DNA of 64,000 nucleotides from Dehalococcoidia bacterium (GTDB lineage: Bacteria; Chloroflexota; Dehalococcoidia; UBA2979), in the NCBI GenBank assembly GCA_964291495.2, contig OZ219871.1, positions 1,024,001 through 1,088,000 of the forward strand, in the 5' to 3' direction. Positions 58,396 to 64,000 of this stretch are shown here, one piece after another. Position 1 is the first letter of the stretch. Each line of letters starts with the position of its first letter. A program made the position numbers and the translations under genes. Below the pieces are notes generated by a model. The model saw only the letters and a program-made list of their open reading frames with translations, had not been told where the DNA came from and searched no databases.

Positions 58396-59763
58396 ATGAC
58401 CTCAGACGCGAACAACGGCAGCGGCGCCCGCCGGGACAGCATCGATCAGCGGCAGCACGTCATCCAGGCGTGCTACGACCACGACGTCAAGTTCATTCGG
58501 CTCTGGTTCACCGACATCCTCGGCATCCTCAAGTCCGTCGCGATCACCATCGAGGAGCTCGAGCACGCCCTCGACGACGGCGTCACCTTCGACGGCGCCT
58601 CGATCGAGGGCTTCGCGCGCGTCGACGAGGCGGACGTCGTCGCCGTGCCCGACCCTTCGACCTTCCAGCTGCTGCCCTGGCGGCCGCGCGAGCAGGCCGT
58701 GGCGCGCATGTTCTGCGACCTCCGCTCGCCCCTCGGCGAACCATTCGAGGGCGACTCGCGCCAGGTGCTGAAGGACGCGATCGAGCGCGCGGCGAAGCAG
58801 GGCTTCACCTTCTACGTCTCGCCCGAGATCGAGTTCTTCTACTTCCGCGGACCGGACGGCACGGAACCGCTGGACGCTGGCGGCTACTTCGACCTCACGC
58901 CGCTCGACTCCGGGTCCGACCTGCGCCGCGAGACGGTGCTGACGCTGGAAGAGATGGGCATCGGCGTCGCGCTCAGCCACCACGAGGCGGCGCCCAGCCA
59001 GCACGAGATCGACCTGCGCTACACCGACGCGCTGACGATGGCCGACTCGATCATGACCTACCGCCTCGTCGTCAAGGAGGTCGCGCTGCGGCACGGCGCC
59101 TACGCGACCTTCATGCCGAAGCCGAACTCCGACCAGAACGGCTCCGGGATGCACCTCCAGCTCTCGCTGTTCCGGGGCGAGCAGAACGCCTTCGCGGACG
59201 AGTCGGCGCCGCACGAGCTGTCGGCCACGGCGCGCTCGTTCATGGCCGGGCTGCTGCAGCGCACGCCGGAGCTGATGCTGGTCACCAACCAGTGGGCGAA
59301 CTCCTACCGGCGCATCGTCCCCGGCTTCGAGGCGCCCACGCACGCGACCTGGTCCACCACCAACCACGCCGACCTGCTGCGCGTGCCGCAGCACAAGCCG
59401 GGCGAGGCAGTGGCGGCACGCATCGAGTACCGCGCGCCGGACGCCGCCTGCAACCCCTACCTCGCCTTCGCCGCGATCCTCGAGGCCGGCCTCGACGGCG
59501 TCGCCCGCGATGTGGCGCTCCCGGACGAGCTGGAGCGCCATATCGGCGAGCTCCCGGAGGAGGAGATCGCGAGCCGCGGCATCGAGGCGCTGCCCGCCTC
59601 GCTCGGCGACGCGATCGCGGCGTTCTCGGGCTCGGAGTTGATGGCGGACGTGCTCGGCAGCCACATCCGCGACTCGCTGGTCGCGAACAAGCGCCACGAG
59701 TGGTCGGAGTTCCGCGCCCAGGTCTCGGAGTTCGAGCTGCGCCGCTACCTGTCCGTGCTGTAG
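58396..59763 (+). CDS. Glutamine synthetase-family protein (GSI-alpha-like, divergent)
   Basis: RLWFTDILG, FDGASIEG, HHEAAPSQHEIDL, NGSGMH, GFEAP, RIEYRAPDAACNPYL. Confidence 0.9.
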   Translation: MTSDANNGSGARRDSIDQRQHVIQACYDHDVKFIRLWFTDILGILKSVAITIEELEHALDDGVTFDGASIEGFARVDEADVVAVPDPSTFQLLPWRPREQAVARMFCDLRSPLGEPFEGDSRQVLKDAIERAAKQGFTFYVSPEIEFFYFRGPDGTEPLDAGGYFDLTPLDSGSDLRRETVLTLEEMGIGVALSHHEAAPSQHEIDLRYTDALTMADSIMTYRLVVKEVALRHGAYATFMPKPNSDQNGSGMHLQLSLFRGEQNAFADESAPHELSATARSFMAGLLQRTPELMLVTNQWANSYRRIVPGFEAPTHATWSTTNHADLLRVPQHKPGEAVAARIEYRAPDAACNPYLAFAAILEAGLDGVARDVALPDELERHIGELPEEEIASRGIEALPASLGDAIAAFSGSELMADVLGSHIRDSLVANKRHEWSEFRAQVSEFELRRYLSVL

Positions 59764-59776
59764 CGGGCGGCCGCCC

Positions 59777-61222
59777 CTACCCGAACAGCACCGCCGAGGC
59801 GTCGTCCGCCACCTCGAGGACCGGCGCGGCCCAGAGGCCGACGACGAAGATGCCGATGAAGAGCACGCCGGTCACGCCGTAGGCGAGCAGCGAGGGCCGC
59901 CAGCGACCCTCCGCGCCCTCGGCCGGCGCGACGACGTACATCACCCGGATCACCTTCAGGTAGTAGTAGAGCGAGACCGTGCTCATGATCACGGCCACGC
60001 CAGAGAGCCAGAGGAAGCCCTCCTCGGCCGCCGCCTGGAAGATGAAGAACTTCGTCACGAAGCCCGCCAGCAGCGGCATCCCGCTCAGCGAGAACAGCCC
60101 CGTCGTGATCACCAGCGCGAGGTACGGCTGCGTCTCCGCCAGGCCGCAGAAGTCCTCGATGCGCTCGCTGCCGATGCGGTTGTAGACCGCGATCACGGCG
60201 ATGAAGACCGCGAGATTGGTGACCAGGTAGCCCGCCAGGTGCAGCAGCAGCGCCGAGCTCGAGGCGTCCGAGACGGTCGTGACCGCCATCAGCATGAAGC
60301 CGACCTGCCCGATCGAGGAGTAGGCGAGCAGCCGCTTGATGTTGGTCTGCACCAGCGCGATCAGGTTGCCCGTCACCATCGTCGCCACGGAGAGCGTGGC
60401 GAGCATCCACTGCCAGTCGTCCTGCACCGGCAGCAGCCCGGTCCCGAACAGCCGCAGCAGCAGCGCAAACGTCGCCGCCTTCGAGGTGGCCGCGATGTAG
60501 GCCGTCACCGGCAGCGGCGCGCCCTCGTAGGCGTCGGGCGTCCACATGTGGAACGGCACCGCCGAGGCCTTGAAGCCGAGCCCGCCGACGAGGAAGGCGA
60601 GGCCGAGCAGCAGCACCGGCGAGCCCTGCACCGAGGAGTCGCTGAGCGCCGCCGCGATGCCCTCGTAGCTCGTCGTGCCGGCTGCGCCGTAGATCAGGCT
60701 GAGGCCGTAGAGCAGCATCGCGGAGGCGACGCCGCCAAGCAGGACGTACTTCAGCCCCGCCTCGCCGGAGCGGCGGTCGTCCTTGGCCAGCGAGACGGCG
60801 ACGTAGAGCGAGAAGGAGAGCAACTCGATCGAGATGTAGGCGGTGAGCAGCTCGCGCGCCCCCGCCATGTAGATCGCGCCGATCGTGGAGACCAGCAGCA
60901 GCGCGTAGAACTCGCCCTGGTGGCGGATGTTGCGCTGGACGAACTCGTGCGAGCCGAGGATCACGACCAGCACCGTCACCGTGAACAGCACGCGGAAGAA
61001 CAGCGTGTAGTCGTCCACGCCGATCAGCCCGGCGAAGTCCGTGCTGCGGTCCGCGTAGAAGAGGCTGGCGATGCCCGCCGCGAGCGCACCGAGGGCGGCG
61101 ATCGCCGGAATGAGGCGCCTCGAGACTCCCAGGTCGCGCCGGAAGGCGTCGACCAGCAGCACGACCGCCGCGGCGCCGGCGAGGATGAACTCCGGAATCA
61201 GCAGCGCGTATTCGAAGTTCAC
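59777..61222 (-). CDS. nuoN: NADH-quinone oxidoreductase subunit N
   Basis: EAGLKY, FKASAVPFHMWTPDAYEGAP, KRLLAYSSI; GTG overlaps the nuoM stop. Confidence 0.93.
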   Translation of the reverse strand: MNFEYALLIPEFILAGAAAVVLLVDAFRRDLGVSRRLIPAIAALGALAAGIASLFYADRSTDFAGLIGVDDYTLFFRVLFTVTVLVVILGSHEFVQRNIRHQGEFYALLLVSTIGAIYMAGARELLTAYISIELLSFSLYVAVSLAKDDRRSGEAGLKYVLLGGVASAMLLYGLSLIYGAAGTTSYEGIAAALSDSSVQGSPVLLLGLAFLVGGLGFKASAVPFHMWTPDAYEGAPLPVTAYIAATSKAATFALLLRLFGTGLLPVQDDWQWMLATLSVATMVTGNLIALVQTNIKRLLAYSSIGQVGFMLMAVTTVSDASSSALLLHLAGYLVTNLAVFIAVIAVYNRIGSERIEDFCGLAETQPYLALVITTGLFSLSGMPLLAGFVTKFFIFQAAAEEGFLWLSGVAVIMSTVSLYYYLKVIRVMYVVAPAEGAEGRWRPSLLAYGVTGVLFIGIFVVGLWAAPVLEVADDASAVLFG

Positions 61223-62709
61223 AGCAGCACCTCGGGGATGCCCGCCTCGAGGCCGGCTGCCACGCGGTCGATCCACGGCGAGGGCCAGAGGCCGAGCGCG
61301 AAGATCGAGATCGCCAGCACGGTCGCGCCGGCGCGCTCGGTCCAGCTGATCTCGCCGACGCTACTCCAGCGCGGGCTCGGCTCGCCGAAGAAGGTCTGGG
61401 CGAACATTCGCAGCAGGTAGGTAGCCGTGATCGCCGCCGTGAGCACCGCGAGCGCCCCGACCAGCGGGTAGGCGCGGAAGGCGCCGATGAAGATGTGCAG
61501 CTCGGCGATGAAGCCGGACAGCCCGGGCAGGCCGAACGAGGCGAGGCCGGCGATCACGAAGAACACCGCCCAGATCGGCATCCGCCGCGCCATGCCGGAG
61601 TAGTGGTTGAACTCGCGGTCGTGCGACTGGTCGTAGAGCGCGCCGATGAGGAGGAAGAAGAGGGCCGTCATCACGCCGTGCGCGAACATCTGCAGCACCG
61701 CGCCGCTCATCCCGATCAGGTTGAGCGTCCCGAGCCCGACGAAGACGTAGCCCATGTGCGAGACCGAGGAGAAACCGGTCATCAGCTTGAAGTCGGTCTG
61801 GCGCAGCGCACCGACCGCCCCGTAGAGCGCGCCGACGATGCCGAGCGTCAGCAGCGCCGGCGCCCAGAACTCCGCGCCCTCGGGCAGCATCTGGAAGCCG
61901 AGGCGGATGATCCCGAACGCGCCGAGCTTCATCAGCACGCCCGCGTGCAGCATCGAGACCGCCGTCGGCGCGGCGGCGTGGCCGTCGGGCGACCAGGGGT
62001 GGAGCGGGAAGATGCCGGCCAGCGTGCCGCAGCCGAGCGCGACCAGCGGGAACATCACCAGCTGGAAGTTGCGCCCGTACTCCGCGTCGAACAGCGCCGG
62101 CATGTCGAACGTCCCGAGGCCGGCTTCCGTGAAGATCCCGAAGATCGGGATGAAGATCAGGATCGAGGCAGCGACGAGCATCATCATCAGCTTCATCGCG
62201 CCGTACTCGCGCCGCCCGGAGCCCCAGACCGCGATCAGCAGGTACATGGGCAGCACCGCGGTCTCGTAGAGCAGGAACCAGAAGAACAGGTCCAGCGCGA
62301 CGAACGTGCCGTAGACGCCGGCGACGAGCACGAACAGCAGGACGAAGAAGTCCTTCAGCCTCTCCTGGATCTTCCAGGACACCCACGTCCCGCTGAGGAT
62401 CACGATCCCCGTTAACAGCACCATTGGCGCCGCGATGCCGTCGACCCCGACCTTGAGCTGGATCCCGTTCTCGCCGAGGAAGCCGGCGTTCTGCAGCCAG
62501 GGCCAGTCGATCACGCCCTGGAACTGGTCGCCGCGGTAGTCGAAGGCGAAGAAGACGTAGACGGAGATGATGAACATCGCGAGGCTCGCGAGGCCGGTGA
62601 TGGCCTTGATCGCGTTGCGCTCGCCGGACGGCGTCAGCATCAGCAGGATCGCGCTGCCCAGCGGGATCAGCGGCAGCGCCAGCAGCAGGTAGCCCTCGCT
62701 CGTGGTCAT
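61219..62709 (-). CDS. nuoM: NADH-quinone oxidoreductase subunit M
   Basis: GVDGI, PMYLLIAVWG, PLHPWSPDGHAAAPT, GVLMKLG, SSVSHMG, GLPGLSGF. Confidence 0.93.
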   Translation of the reverse strand: MTTSEGYLLLALPLIPLGSAILLMLTPSGERNAIKAITGLASLAMFIISVYVFFAFDYRGDQFQGVIDWPWLQNAGFLGENGIQLKVGVDGIAAPMVLLTGIVILSGTWVSWKIQERLKDFFVLLFVLVAGVYGTFVALDLFFWFLLYETAVLPMYLLIAVWGSGRREYGAMKLMMMLVAASILIFIPIFGIFTEAGLGTFDMPALFDAEYGRNFQLVMFPLVALGCGTLAGIFPLHPWSPDGHAAAPTAVSMLHAGVLMKLGAFGIIRLGFQMLPEGAEFWAPALLTLGIVGALYGAVGALRQTDFKLMTGFSSVSHMGYVFVGLGTLNLIGMSGAVLQMFAHGVMTALFFLLIGALYDQSHDREFNHYSGMARRMPIWAVFFVIAGLASFGLPGLSGFIAELHIFIGAFRAYPLVGALAVLTAAITATYLLRMFAQTFFGEPSPRWSSVGEISWTERAGATVLAISIFALGLWPSPWIDRVAAGLEAGIPEVLL

Positions 62710-62721
62710 ACCCCGCCTGCC

Positions 62722-64000
<1,279 letters not shown>

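Overview
High-GC bacterial window, most consistent with Chloroflexota, probably Dehalococcoidia. This is inferred from the RpoB/RpoC insertion pattern, a Gram-positive-type LexA box, a T-box, type-2 IleRS and an archaeal-type FBP aldolase/phosphatase. Bases 1-12.9 kb form an acyl-CoA catabolic cluster: two family III CoA-transferases, a cyclase, a VOC epimerase, a SnoaL protein, a thiolase-like/DUF35 pair and three MFS transporters. The rest is mostly housekeeping: fbp, folC, fabF, tsaD, rimO, murJ, rpsT, T-box-ileS, proB/proA, split transketolase, rpoBC, a GlnR-like regulator with two glnA genes, and nuoLMN. Top finding: the thiolase-like gene lacks the usual catalytic Cys and has an in-frame TGA inside its C-terminal active-site loop (VNG*GGTG). 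The TGA is followed by a SECIS-like hairpin and 18 more thiolase-like codons, making it a candidate new selenoprotein. Other highlights: a LexA-boxed promoter driving a tiny stand-alone Zn-ribbon protein, GlnR-type boxes upstream of glnA, a GVHH-motif IleRS with a +1 frameshift, a kinase/NDT-like fusion coupled to ileS, frequent leaderless genes, and a modular palindromic repeat family. No rRNA, tRNA, CRISPR array or transposase was seen. All family assignments come from motif recognition by eye, not database searches.
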